From Basidiobolus meristosporus CBS 931.73 (taxonomy: Eukaryota > Fungi > Basidiobolomycota): a DNA stretch of 44,456 nucleotides. The first letter of the stretch is position 1. The number at the start of each line of letters is the position of its first letter. Position numbers and translations under genes: made by a program. The notes beneath the pieces were generated by a model that saw only the letters and a program-made list of their open reading frames with translations, did not search any database and was not told the origin of the DNA. Shown here one piece after another: positions 23,839 through 35,969 of the stretch. The DNA lies in NCBI GenBank assembly GCA_002104905.1, contig MCFE01000694.1, positions 1 to 44,456 of the forward strand. Reading direction: 5' to 3'.

Positions 23839-26800
23839 TCATTGGGTTCCTTTGGATCCCCGGGAATTGGTGCTGCTCTCGCTCTCTGCCTCGCTCTGAG
23901 CGGACGACAGATTCGCCGACGAGAGTCGGGCGAGCTGACTGGGACAGTGGTAGCCCAGCTTCTCGATGGAGGTGTTCGACGAGCCGTAGCTGGAGATCTC
24001 CGACAAGGCACGACTCGTCTTGCGGCGCTTCTCCCGCTCGAACTCCGACCACCTCTTCATGGTGATCTGGGATCCGTCGAATTCACCCTCCCTCTTCGAG
24101 TGATCCCCACCACCAGCAACCTCGCCTTCCACCAGTCTGGTCTGACCCCAACTGAAATCATCGAAATGCCAGAACGCGTACGCCGGAAGAACAAGATTCC
24201 AAATCGGCAGCGAGATAAGGTAAATGACCATCCAGGCGATGTACACCAGCTTCCTCGAGGTGAGCAAAATCAAGATGGCTGGGGAACCCAGAATCAAGGC
24301 CAAGAGGGTAAGCGGGATGATGGGCGGTGGGTGGACGATGAAGGCAATCACGATCAGGTAGACGGTGAAACAAATGGAGGCGGGAAGGACGGTGGTACTG
24401 ACGAGATCCATGAAGATGACGAACTGCATGGAGAAACAGAATGTTCCACACAGGTCACGAACCAGGACCAACTCAAGAAGGTTGTGGACGGTGGAGTTGA
24501 TCCAGCGACGACGTTGCGAAAGCAAAACGCTGAATGCGTCAGGGACAACAGTCTTGCATACTGCCTGAGGCACAAACATCATCTTACGCTTCGGGAAGGT
24601 TTTCAGCATGAGGGTGGTGAGGTAACGATCCTCACCTAGCAGGAGGAGATTCTTCTTGTGCAACGTGTCCACCACATTCTCCGAGTAGTGCTCCACGATG
24701 TCGGGACTGGCCAGCACTGGCACCCAGGTGTTGCTACTCCCCTTGGGCGCTTTGATGCGATACATACAGAAGCAACCGGGCAAACAGGTCACGCTTCCAA
24801 ACACCGCCTCAAACGACTTGACCAGATGATGCGAGATGTAATACTCGAACACCTGGATCGTGGTCACCCAGCTGTCGGTCTTGTTGGCAATCTTGGTTTC
24901 ACCGCATAGCCCCATGATCTGAGGATCGCGCACCATGCACGAGATCATGCGGGTGGCAGAATCTGGATAGACTCTTGTATCAGCATCCACCATGAGGATG
25001 ATCTCGAAATTATCCGGACTGACGCCAGTCGTACTCCAGACCGCATTGAAGAGCTCGTACTCCAGCTCCGTCATACGGTCGTCAAACATGACACGCTGGA
25101 GGAAGGACATCAGGATGATCTGACTGTCACGTTTGCCTCGATTCCCTGGCTTGGCTGCGTTGGCCTCCTGGGGAGTGCCGCATTTGGAGATCAGGATCAT
25201 GGGGACCCGCTGTTGCTTCTCGATGGGAACCAGCTCGTCGTCGAACTTGTAATAGCCCGCGTACACCTTGGCCATGTTATGTCTCTTGGAGCCATCGGCA
25301 ATGGCCACGTAGGAGTAGGGCTTGACGTTCTCGGGGGCAATCACGAAATCCTTCATCATCGACAAGCAAATGTCCGGGGTGGACATGTCGTTACCGCTGC
25401 CAACAATAATACCATCAGCGATCACAAGAATCAGCTTGTGTGACTGGGGATAGTCGGTCAAGGCGAGCGAGTCGAGCGTGGTGCGAATTCCCTCGGCACC
25501 CTCGGAGTAGCATGTGACCAGCATCATGGTGTATGCCAGCTTGAAATTGAATGGTTGGAAGGACTGAGGCGGGGGAGTTGGTGGGATATGGATGTTGGAG
25601 GTAAGAGTACTTGAGGAGTACGAGGATCGACGAGAGGGGTCCTGGTTGGGCGAGATGGGTCGGCAATTAGGTGGGACTAGTGAGTTGGAAGATGCCCTCC
25701 CGTCGCTATGGTATGGATGGTTTGCCTTGACTCTCTTTTGAAGGTCGGTGCTGTGGTTGCTTGGAATGCGGCCGGTAGGAGGGAGAGCACTGTTGGTGCC
25801 TTGCTGGATGTACGAGCGTGATGCGGGAATCGCCAGGCTGGTGGGGCTCTCACTCCACTGCTCAATAGCCTCCATTCGCTTCATGCGCTCCTCGTAAGTC
25901 TCTTGGCGGAAAGTACCAAGTCGCCAACTTAACACCCATCCAAAGTAAACAGCGAAGAAAAACTTGGTCAACACAACGCCGAGGATCACAACCAAGGAGA
26001 CGTAGAGAATGATTTTCGAGATGATACAGCCCATTGTGGTCGTATCTAGTGCGCCCACGCGGAAGATCTGCATGGCGCATTTTGCTGCATCACGGTGATA
26101 ATTGTTCATTAAGTATGTGATGTCTGTTCCACCATAAATCGAGTCGGGTTGAGACAATTTGCTGAACACCGGTGTTACATCAATGCCCGGCAGTAGCGAA
26201 TGCACCAGAGAAAAATCCAGTACTTGGCTGTTGTAGACGACTAGGTTGCGTTGTTTGACATCTTTCCACTTATAATATACATCCCCGCCCAGAGGAAGAT
26301 TGCTATAGGTCTCCATGTCTGTTGAGTTGCGGAAGTAGCAGTCAGCTGGGTTGTAGTCAATATCCCCCCCAACTGCCATGTTTATCTGGCGAGGAACGCA
26401 GGGAAAGTAGATGCCTTGATCGGCTATTCCTCCTATAACACCTTGACAATGACCGCCCACGTTTTGAACAAGGAACGAAACGTCCTTTCCGCCGTCACCA
26501 CGGAACAAATCCGTATTACCAATATTCAAGGTATTACCATTGATGACGACTTCGTTAGGGCTTATGTCATCTATATAAACCCGCTGTACGCGACTCAGAC
26601 CACAGAGTACCTCCTCAAAGGCGAAAGTCAAGAATCCAACTGCACCACACATGACAAGAATAATACTACACAGGGCCATTTTCTCTCTCCATGCTTGTCT
26701 GATTTCACTGGTCTTCATTCCTAAAATTTCGAATCAGCAAAGTTTCGTACTGAGAAGGGGATTCCCCGATCTTACCGAGGCAAGCCAGTAGAGGACTGGG

Positions 26801-27043
26801 AGCATAGAAAGTTACCAGCCAGGAGAAAATGACCCAGCAGCTAGGCCGTTTCTTGGCTGGCTTTCCAGTCGTGGGCTTCGCATTCTTGTGCATGCTAACT
26901 GCCCTACCCAAGATCTCTTCTCGGTTTCGGATGTTCTGCTCAGCTGCTGGAACGCGACGTGGATGTTTTGAGGTTGGGCGACGTTCGGGGCGGATCAAAG
27001 ATTTTTGGCGACGAGGCGCATTGCTTCTGGTGCCGCTTTCCAT
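23839..27043 (-). CDS. CHS3: Class IV (Chs3-like) chitin synthase, 2 exons
   Basis: N-terminal RQKSLIRPER, intron 26775-26721, AWREKMALC, LVTCYSEG, NRGKRDSQ, MVDADT, CLPGCFCMYR, LGEDRYL, SQRRRWINST and WHFDDFSWG. Confidence 0.95.
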
Positions 27044-29016
27044 GCGATGTCCTTCAAGGCGATCCGCTGGTTAACCATTATTCTACAACCGATAGCAAAG
27101 TGTCTCACTTACCAGACATACTCTGGTTTATGCGTCGCATCTCAAGGCCCTCATGTCCTGTGCGACGGGGATCATTCACCCTCGGGGGTTGTGTTCTCGG
27201 CGGCCCTATCAACCAGGAAATGTGAGATCGAGTCCAGCAAACAACAAGTACAAATGGCAGGAAATACTTTCGGAAGCCATGTTAGGGTTGTGCCTCGAAG
27301 CCATATTTAATAAAGGGATGGCCAGGTTTCGATACTATAGTGAGTTTGACAAAGTGATGGCTGATCCTTGATACTATAGCGAGAGAGTAAGCCTTCCAAC
27401 CACAAGAACAATGAAACGGCTGGGAATTTAAAAAGGAGGAAGAATGCCACGATCAGGATTTATTGACCGGAGAGTGTTAGTGGAAATTCTTTTTAGTATT
27501 CTTATTCAGATCTTTTTAATCTGATTGATGCCCAAGTGAACAAACGTTACAACAATAGCCTTGGGTTGATTTGGTAAGTAGAGCCTCCGATTGTAGATGG
27601 AAGTCCGTGGTAAACGATAACTATTACAATCACTATTATTACTCCTAATGTAGATGGAAATCTCTCCCCGATCTACTTTCCTTCCAGTCTAGACATCTGA
27701 TCCATTCTTCGGCTGGGGATCGTCTTTTCGGCCGAAAACTCTGTCAATCGAAGGTTCCATCGTAATCGTGTTCTGGCAAATTCATCATGGAAGTGGATGT
27801 TGACTAGCGTTCCCGCTATGCGGTTCAATATATACCATGTTTCGCAAATTTCACCCACCTTAAAGGGAAAACTCGACACCAATTAAATGGTAGTTATTAT
27901 TAGCAACACCTGTCATCGCAATTGAAAACGTCCTCGTAGAAAATGATCACACCTCATAGGTAAAAGTTTAACATGATACACTCTAATCACATCATGAGTG
28001 TGTTTTTTTAATGAGAATATGTGAATCTCCAGGGGACACGTATTAATCAGGATCGAGTAAAATGCGCAGAAGTGACCGGTAAAAGTTTCTTACTCTAACT
28101 TTGGTATACTTCGATACAATATCATTGCGGGATATTTCACATCATTACGGGACACTTCACTCTAATCTCAATCATTTTTCATTTACCGCAGGGATTTTCG
28201 ATGCTTTGTTTTTACTACATTGTGCATGGGTAGGATTAACATGGGGGTACGTCATCGCCTGCTGATATAAATTTGCCAAATTGGCTCGGCAAAGAGTTAA
28301 CGCCCAGTTCCTACACTGCTCAAGACTGTCGTCTTTACCATCAACATTACAAGTTTATCTAGTCGAGTGGCCCTTCTCTGCTGATATAACCGCATGGAAT
28401 CCCGAAATCCGTAAAAAACCTAGGAGCGTTCCGATGTTGTTTTGAAGTCAACTTTCTCGAGCAAATAAATTTTAAAAACCAATGTCTTTGGCTTATTGTT
28501 GTGATGAACTTGTCTCGTACATTGAAATAGATGATGACAATATTCCATGTCGAAAGGCTGTAGCAAGGGGTATTAATAACGTAATTAATAGGATTGAAGA
28601 ATTTAAAGAAACGGCAACAATTTAGTTTTGTCTTTATATTTATGTATGTATTTCATGATTCAAAACCATTCCATTAATGGTGATGTTTGTAGTAGAGAAT
28701 TCCCAAGTCAGCAAACGATGTATCTTTGGGTTGCAATCCAAGGGTATCTGGACCGTGTTCATCAAGATTGAGTAATGTCTCCGCTTACATCACAAAGAAA
28801 ACTCTGTGTTATTTATAAAATAACAAGCAAAAGATTCCTATGGTGCATATGGCGTGTTTTTCAACAAATCCTGGGTCTCACGCTAATTATGGGATTGCTC
28901 CGAGCCTCACTAAAACTTCGAAATCAATTCCCCAGAGTATCACGTCAGTAAGCTTTAGAACGAGATTTAGCTTTAAACTTTCTATTTGAGAATCTTATAA
29001 TTTGGTGGAAAGGAGG

Positions 29017-29179
29017 CAGGAGGCGGCGCATAGCGCTCACCTCCCACAAACAAAAATTTAACAGTCGAGACACCCCGAAGGATGTTCGCGTTAAAGACCC
29101 TGAGGCGCTGTGCAATGCTCAAGTTCTAAAACGAACAGCCCGCCTACTTGATCACGAACTGTCCCTGCCAGGTAAGTAT
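29017..29179 (-). ncRNA. U1: U1 spliceosomal snRNA (~163 nt)
   Basis: 5' end ATACTTACCTGG. Loop I GATCAAG (U1-70K site-like). Loop II CATTGCAC (U1A site). Stem-loop III ACATCC-TTCG-GGGTGT. Sm site AATTTTTG. 3' hairpin GGAGGTGAGCGC-TAT-GCGCCGCCTCC. The 3' end is approximate. Confidence 0.95.
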
Positions 29180-29206
29180 GAGTTGCAACAATGACCATGA
29201 GGTTAC

Positions 29207-29212
29207 TATATA
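29207..29212 (-). promoter_or_regulatory. TATA-like box upstream of U1
   Basis: TATATA lies 28-33 nt upstream of the U1 5' end. Confidence 0.5.
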
Positions 29213-29983
29213 TGGATTAACCAGCTGCGTGCACTTATGGGATGTGATTCCGATTTATGGAGCGATATATAGTTAGGAAACATTTTAGGCGATTGGTATC
29301 TACTAGTAAATCAACCATAGTGCTAATATGAAGAGTTGCCTTAATGTCGATGTTAATGTCGATGAAAAACATATACACATAGAGCGCTTTGGTACTGAAA
29401 TATAAATGGCTGAATTTCATTTGCATTACAAATCCAAATATATCACGGTCTTACCGCTAAGGTCAAATCCACTAACGGGTAGTCTCTCTAGTAATTACTC
29501 AGACCAAATAGCATGTTACTAGCTTGGTATCGTTTGTGGAATAAATGAGTCAGAGCCTAGATCTCGAATTATACATACAGCATAGTATCACCGTCGTCTT
29601 CACACTACCACCACCACTTAGCACTTGTTCAATTGAAAGTGTGTCCAAGTATACAGAAACAGACGTTGTGTAATATTTGTCCGCTTTCATTTATCCATTT
29701 CCACTATCGCATCGAATACGAAGAAACGTTCCTGTTGTTACCGAACCGGTATTTCGCCAAAAATCGTAGCAGAATCATACCGGAACCGAACTTGAATTCT
29801 GGCTTGAATTCCCACTTGATTCTCAATATTTCATCCGAACTCTAACACTACCATCGTGTCACCAACACGCCTAAATGGTAGACTCAGCTCTTCACCAAAA
29901 TGGTTATATTTGCTCTGTGCCAGGTATAAATATGTCAGGCCGTGTTCAGAGAGTAGCCATCTCATCTCAAAGATACTTTTACA

Positions 29984-31285
29984 ATGAGGCTCAACTCTCC
30001 AATGATGCAGGTCATATTAGTTGGCTTTGCATGTTTCTGCTGCCCGGGCATGTACAATGTAATCAACAGTCTAGGTGCTGGTGGCCAAATGGATGACAAC
30101 ACCACCAAGAATGGTAATGTTGCTCTTTATGCCTGCTTCTCAGTCTTCGGCGTGTTTGGTGGCGCCATCCACAACATCCTGGGTGGGCGTTGGACTATGG
30201 TCTGCGGTGGCCTTACCTATGCACTGTACTCCGGCTCTCTTGTATACTACAGCAATACTAAGGAGCCAGCCTTCGTCATCGCCGCCAGTGCAATTCTGGG
30301 TATTGGCGCCGGTATGTTCTGGACTGCCCAGGGTACCATCATGATGTCTTACCCGTCCGAAAACCAGAAAGGCCGTGCAGTCGGAATCTTCTGGATTATT
30401 TTCAACATGGGCGCTGTTCTTGGCTCGTTCATTCCTTTCGGCCTCAACTTCCATTCCTCTGCTGGCCAGGTAAACACCGCTACCTACTACGTACTGATGG
30501 CTCTTATGGTTATTGGTGCCCTTCTTGGCTTGGGCTTGATCCCCCCGGAGAAGGTGGTGCGTGAGGATGGCTCCCGCGTGCAAGTCTCTAAATTCGAGAA
30601 TGTAGGTGGTGAGATCATTGAAATCTTGAAGCTATTCAAGAACAAAAACATGCTCTTGCTGCTACCCTTGTGCGTTACTTCCAACTGGTTCTACTCTTAC
30701 CAGTTCGGTGCTGTGAATGGAGTTCTTTTTAATGTTCGTACCCGTTCTTTCAACAGTGCCTTCTACTGGGGCGCCCAAATGATTGGTGCCTATGGAGTGG
30801 GTCTGTTGCTTGATAATCCCAAGCTTCACCGTCGTACTCGTGCTTTGTACGGACTGGCACTGGTTACCATTCTAACAATGATCATCTGGGGTGGTGGTCT
30901 TGGTCTTCAGGTGCAATACACTCGGGAGGATCATCCCAAAGATATCGATTTCATCAACGGCCCAGGATGGGGAGGCAAGTTTGTCTTGTATCTGTTCTAC
31001 GGTTTTCTGGATGCTGTTCTACAAACTTATGCCTATTGGTTGATGGGTGCCCTCTCCAATGACAGCCACGTCCTTGCTCGCTATGCCGGGTACTACAAAG
31101 GACTTCAATCTGCTGGTGCGGCAATTGCCTGGGATATTGATGCCAAGAATACTCCTTTCTTGACTCAGTTAATCATCAACTGGGTGCTATGCACAGCCTC
31201 TCTTCCTTTTGCCTACATTGTAGCCAGAGGTGTCAAGGATACCTCAGAGGAGGATGGTGAGAAGGTCGAGATGGAGAAATCCTAA
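29984..31285 (+). CDS. UNC-93-like / MFS membrane transporter, intronless, 433 aa
   Basis: QVILVGFACFCCPGM, GAGMFWTAQGTIMMSYP, AYWLMGALSND and GYYKGLQSAGAA, with many hydrophobic helices. Confidence 0.9.
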   Translation: MRLNSPMMQVILVGFACFCCPGMYNVINSLGAGGQMDDNTTKNGNVALYACFSVFGVFGGAIHNILGGRWTMVCGGLTYALYSGSLVYYSNTKEPAFVIAASAILGIGAGMFWTAQGTIMMSYPSENQKGRAVGIFWIIFNMGAVLGSFIPFGLNFHSSAGQVNTATYYVLMALMVIGALLGLGLIPPEKVVREDGSRVQVSKFENVGGEIIEILKLFKNKNMLLLLPLCVTSNWFYSYQFGAVNGVLFNVRTRSFNSAFYWGAQMIGAYGVGLLLDNPKLHRRTRALYGLALVTILTMIIWGGGLGLQVQYTREDHPKDIDFINGPGWGGKFVLYLFYGFLDAVLQTYAYWLMGALSNDSHVLARYAGYYKGLQSAGAAIAWDIDAKNTPFLTQLIINWVLCTASLPFAYIVARGVKDTSEEDGEKVEMEKS

Positions 31286-32706
31286 CTAAATATCATATCA
31301 ATTTTATTTAATTCAGTTTAATAAACCAGAGTAGTAATGCAACTTTCTAGCACTTTGGTTGGCCAAAAAGCTTGACTGGCTTATTCTCAAGTTTTGTCAT
31401 ATTTCGTGAAAGTTTCTTTATAGTGCAGTGATTACATACCCAGGAGTTCACAATAGTGTACCTGTATGGTCAATCTATGAATTGCCGAAATTCAAGAAAT
31501 ATTGCTGACATTACCAACATGCTAGAGTGAATAGAGAGTGGCGAGTATTCATTTGATCAGGAGATGGCTACAAAAGAGCTCACACAGTAGTCATACTGTT
31601 TGAAGACTCCACTGGGCTCCCCAACAGTTGTGGAACTAGCAATTAAGCCTGTTCAAGCCAACAAAATCCGGGAAGTTTCCAGGATGCATCTGAGCAAAGT
31701 TTGGCAGAGTAGCCTCAACATGCACACCCCATTTCTCAAAGATTTGCTCATTGATAGCGCTTTAATTGTGAGTGAAACTGATCCCAAGGAATCACAATTT
31801 ATAATACTTTCAGTACTACTCAGTCTTTTGTTTTCACTTAATGAGCTGTAACCTGTTGATTACAACATTTGAAAGAGCGCTAAATGTCAGTTAGATTACT
31901 AAGAGACTTTTGGTCTCTTGGCTGGCTTCTTTATCTCCGAAGGCACCTTTTGAGGCTTAGTTTATTGCATTGAAATCAAGATTTTACCAACGTGGTGACT
32001 TTCCTTCCTCCCCTTGCAAACTTTTAAGTGCCATGGGGAAGTCAGGATTATATATGCAGTGCCCACCCTCAATGTGCACCAGAGTAGTGTAATACCAACA
32101 CTATTCAGAAATAGGCAGCCTACAGCTACACAGGCTTTGATGTCAAGTATCAAGCAGGCCTAAATTTCAAATCAGATGGTAGGCCCGAAGCCTAGATTAT
32201 GCGAAGCAGGAGGGAGTGGAACACTCTTGGGGTAGTTCTTTGTCTCACCAAGTCCTGGAGCAGCCCACACTATATGCAAGATACATGATTCTGGTGGCAG
32301 AGGAGCAATCCGAAAAAGATTGCCCTGAACAAAATATTCAGTTGAGCCTGGCAACTAAACCAATGAATCAGCCTAAACAGAATATGATGGCTTGTGCAGT
32401 ATCACCGCACCAAGTAAACCAGTGTTTTTTGCTCAGGAGTCCTACTTCCACATCCTATTATCCCACAGTAGAGTCATCATCAGCAATTTGGAAGAATGTT
32501 ATAATATGGTCCACAGATCCAGAAAATGCTCACAAAGGTCCCAAGGGCTGTTGTGAGAGTCAAGGGGATATTGGCAGTAATTGGGAGACCAAGTAAATTA
32601 TGAAGTTGTTACTTTATGATTTATAGAGTCTCCAAGTATTAATAAGTGCACATTCATGTTAGGAATTTTGCTTGCAAGTCCCTAATTGCAATATTTTATT
32701 TGAGAA

Positions 32707-33026
32707 TCAAACGCAAGGACACTTAAGAGACATTGCAGCTTCAGGGAACCTGCTATACCCGGCTTTATCAACGATGTAGGAGTTACCGCCACACTTGGCC
32801 TCAGAATAAATAGTGCACTTGTGAGATCCCACCGAATATCCCGAGATGAATAGACCGCCGGTTAAGGTGATATAGGCGTTACCACTGCTGACACTAATAC
32901 ACTTGGCTTTTCCTGTCGACTTGCAAACGAACATGCTACTTCCGCTTTCCAAGGAGGACACCATGCGTTGCACTGAGTAGTAATGGTGAGCATTGTGGTG
33001 CTGAACAGAATGATGTCAAGCTTCAT
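32707..33026 (-). CDS. Small secreted Cys-rich protein (~106 aa); one base missing at the GG at 32961-32962
   Basis: Signal-peptide-like MKLDIILFSTTMLTITTQCNA-W from the ATG at 33026. The 6-Cys mature part is in the next frame. The span is 320 nt, one short of 107 codons. Confidence 0.7.
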
Positions 33027-33799
33027 AGTAACTATTTCGTGGGGAACTTGTCAGCACCTGTACTTTCAACGGTGCTTATATAGTTTGCCTGTGTGGACCA
33101 GAGTCAGGTGAAAGCTGTTGGAAGTGGATGTTATCATAATAGCATGACCGTTTGTAGAGAAATGATGTACTAATAGAATTTTCTGTTTAAGCTTTGACAA
33201 ACAAGATGATCTTGCTGAATATGGTGCCATCTAGGTACTTCAGCCAGATGCATTTACCTCGTTCATCTTTGTATTACTACAGGAAGCACTAGACTTTACA
33301 ATCTCACGCATGTGCGATGATTTTTCAATCTAGTGTTAGGCTTGCTTCCTGTCCCCATCTATACTGCACTTGCGTACCCAATGTAAGTGACATAACATAG
33401 TGGAGGTAGGGCCAATGTCAGTAGCATATATTTATCTCGAACTGGTTCATAATATTCTTGCATAGCAATATATGAAGTGGTTTCTGTCATTGCATCTAAG
33501 ATCTGGAATCATGCAGAAGCGCGATGATCCAGGGCATTCAGCAGTCATATGAGGTCATCTACTGGTCACCTTCTAATGGAAGCACTCCTAGCTAGGTCGT
33601 ACTCGAGGGTTGTAGGCAAAGATTGATATGTTTGTGATTCAGCCAAGTAACCATAGCTTCGCTCCAAACATATTAATAGATAGGATTCTTTCCTCCAATA
33701 GCCACACGTAATATGAGATATGATGTTCCAATAGCCAACCAACCTTCGTTGTCAGAAATGGACGATGAGCCTTAATCAAGTTGTCGCAACTACGATGAC

Positions 33800-34100
33800 C
33801 GTATCAGGTGAAGCTTATTTCAACCTAACCTTCATCGAATCTCCAGAAGACATCCTTTTTCACGTGATTGACGACGTTGTGTACAATGCACAAGTCTCGA
33901 TTGACCTCAATCTAGGGAGTGAACAGCCACTCCCCGTATCTGTTCCTCCCAATCCGTTGAATCCAGTTGCGTTGGGTAAGGTGAGAGCCAAACTGGCCGA
34001 TTACTTATCGCATGAGACGACCGACTATAGGGTCAAAGGTATGGTGATGTGCGTACAGATGCACGGGGATGGCGGCTTCACCGGTCAGGAATCACTCTCA
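33800..34100 (+). pseudogene. Fragment of a 2-oxoacid dehydrogenase E1 gene (DHTKD1/Kgd1-like)
   Basis: SIDLNLG..PLPVSVPPNP-LNPVALGKVRAK...VMCVQMHGDGGFTGQ matches the E1 segment leading to the TPP-binding HGD motif. SHLEA(V) appears deleted and the rest of the ~900-aa gene is absent. Confidence 0.7.
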
Positions 34101-34685
34101 ATGATAACACAAGTTATTTAATACACCTCGGGCATTACTTTTGAAGGCTTACCTTATATTATTGGAACTCCTCTTTTCATTTGAAATACATAATATGTGA
34201 TGGCTTGAAGGTATTCCAAGTGGAGCATACGTTGTCAGCCTTATCGGTTGGTTACTACAATTTCAATGACGACGCGTAAGTTTAGTTTGATGATGCTGAG
34301 TACAACGGTCAATGTTGAATTTAGAGAAATCATCCCTTGTTTGAAAGTGGAGATATTGGCTATTCAACCCGAAATTTGTGCGTGTCGAGGAAATAACTTA
34401 ATATGGTTAGCACAAAAGAGTCGTAGCAACCATATTCTCACATCTGTGTAATCACCACTTATCCTTACTGCCACTCGCTATTTATGCCATTTGTCAGCAT
34501 GCGTTCAGAGCAACTCCAGCTCTAACCATAAATGGATTGATCACTCGATTGCCAAATTGGGTTACGTGTCAGAAGAAAAACTTAGGAATTAGCCAGAAAT
34601 TTCCAAGCATTTGTCATCCAACTCCAAGAACTCAGTATAAAACGCGACACAATGGGCTAAAGTTGGTATTCAGTACAACACAATA

Positions 34686-35414
34686 ATGCCAGCCGATCTT
34701 CCACGCAGAGCACTGCTTGCCATCACCAGCTATAACGAGCCCTTCTACGCCAATGGCAGCAAGACTGGACTCTTCTATACGGAAGCGCTGCACCCATTCG
34801 AAGCACTTGTCGAGGCCGGGTTCGAGGTCGACTTCGCCTCCGAGACTGGCACTTACGGAGTGGATGAGCACTCCTTGTCGAAGGACTTTCTCTCCGAGGA
34901 TGATCAAAAAGTGCTAGACGACCCAGAGCATCCTTTCAATATCAAACTGAACTCACAGCTTCGTAAGGCGTCGGACCTCAACCCTGCCGACTATGGCCTA
35001 TTCTTTGCTTCTGCCGGGCACGCAACCTTGTGGGACTACCCTACGGCTCGTGGCCTGCAGCATATTGCCGAGGACATATATAAGCGTGGAGGTGTTGTTT
35101 CAGCTGTATGCCATGGGCCAGCCATTCTCCCTGGTATCATTGACAGCACCACAGGTAAATCCATCATCGCTGGCAAGAAGGTCACGGGGTTCACCACCGA
35201 GGGTGAGGTGATGTTGAGCCTGCTTGACATTATCAAATCAGCTAATGTGGCTACGATCGAAGAAGGTGCGGCCGCCGTTGGGGCCGAGTATGTGGCACCT
35301 CCTACTCCATTTGCCGATTTTACGCAAACTGATGGCCGAGTTGTCACTGGAGCTAACCCGGCAAGCGCAAGATCCACCGCCGAGGATGCCATCAAGGTGT
35401 TCTCGAGCCTCTAA
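34686..35414 (+). CDS. HSP31: Hsp31/Glx3-type glutathione-independent glyoxalase (DJ-1/PfpI family), intronless, 242 aa
   Basis: TGLFYTEALHPF (catalytic Glu), FFASAGHA, SAVCHGP (catalytic Cys-His), KKVTGFT and DGRVVTGANPASA. Confidence 0.9.
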   Translation: MPADLPRRALLAITSYNEPFYANGSKTGLFYTEALHPFEALVEAGFEVDFASETGTYGVDEHSLSKDFLSEDDQKVLDDPEHPFNIKLNSQLRKASDLNPADYGLFFASAGHATLWDYPTARGLQHIAEDIYKRGGVVSAVCHGPAILPGIIDSTTGKSIIAGKKVTGFTTEGEVMLSLLDIIKSANVATIEEGAAAVGAEYVAPPTPFADFTQTDGRVVTGANPASARSTAEDAIKVFSSL

Positions 35415-35637
35415 AGGGCTATATTTGTGTATAAATAATAAGTAGATAGACATTCAATAAATTCTTGTTCTTGTTCAGTATCAATTCTAACTCGCAACAC
35501 TGCACTACCTTGGAACTTCAACCGTGGTGAGCAATTCCTTGCATCTGATAATGGTATAACTGTTGAATGCCTTAGAGTACCAAAAAGAAATAGTGGATTA
35601 CACCTCTGACTTCCTGTCGCAGAATTGTACTTGTTTA

Positions 35638-35969
35638 TGTTGTAAAAATTCGTAATTCCACCTAAATATTCACCTCACTTAGTCACTTAGATCATCACCT
35701 TCAAATCCTAGAGAATACTGACCAAATTCCTTGTTGGGATTTACTTAGAATATTTACCCAGAACATGAAAATTTGATAAGTTGTCCAAACAGCCCCAAAC
35801 TCTGCACACATGTTCTTGGGACCTTCCTTAACCTATTCTACGTGTTTGTAATGCCAAGACCAGGTAAAAGTATAAATACTACTTTTACATTCAATAAATC
35901 ATTAAGTGAAAACCACATAATCTACTTGTTCTCCCAATCACTTCCAATATCTCCAAGACTCTTACAACA
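35638..35969 (+). repeat. 5' LTR (332 bp, short variant)
   Basis: TG...CA ends, TATAAATA and AATAAA motifs. Lacks a 16-bp segment present in the 3' LTR. Confidence 0.95.

Noticed and set aside
23842-24909. Plus-strand ORFs opposite the chitin synthase
   Set aside because: Antisense shadows of a strongly conserved CDS.
28121-28160. 20-bp imperfect duplication, and a 47-codon ORF at 28482-28625 nearby
   Set aside because: Only two copies, and the ORF has no motif. Both are compatible with chance in AT-rich intergenic DNA.
29005-29193. Plus-strand open frame ending at a perfect CAG|GTAAGT donor
   Set aside because: It is the reverse complement of U1 snRNA. The 'donor' is U1's own 5' recognition sequence.
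31962-32596. Short ORFs on both strands in CpG-poor DNA
   Set aside because: No recognisable domain, and the frames are interrupted by stops. Possibly very old TE decay, but I cannot support a call.
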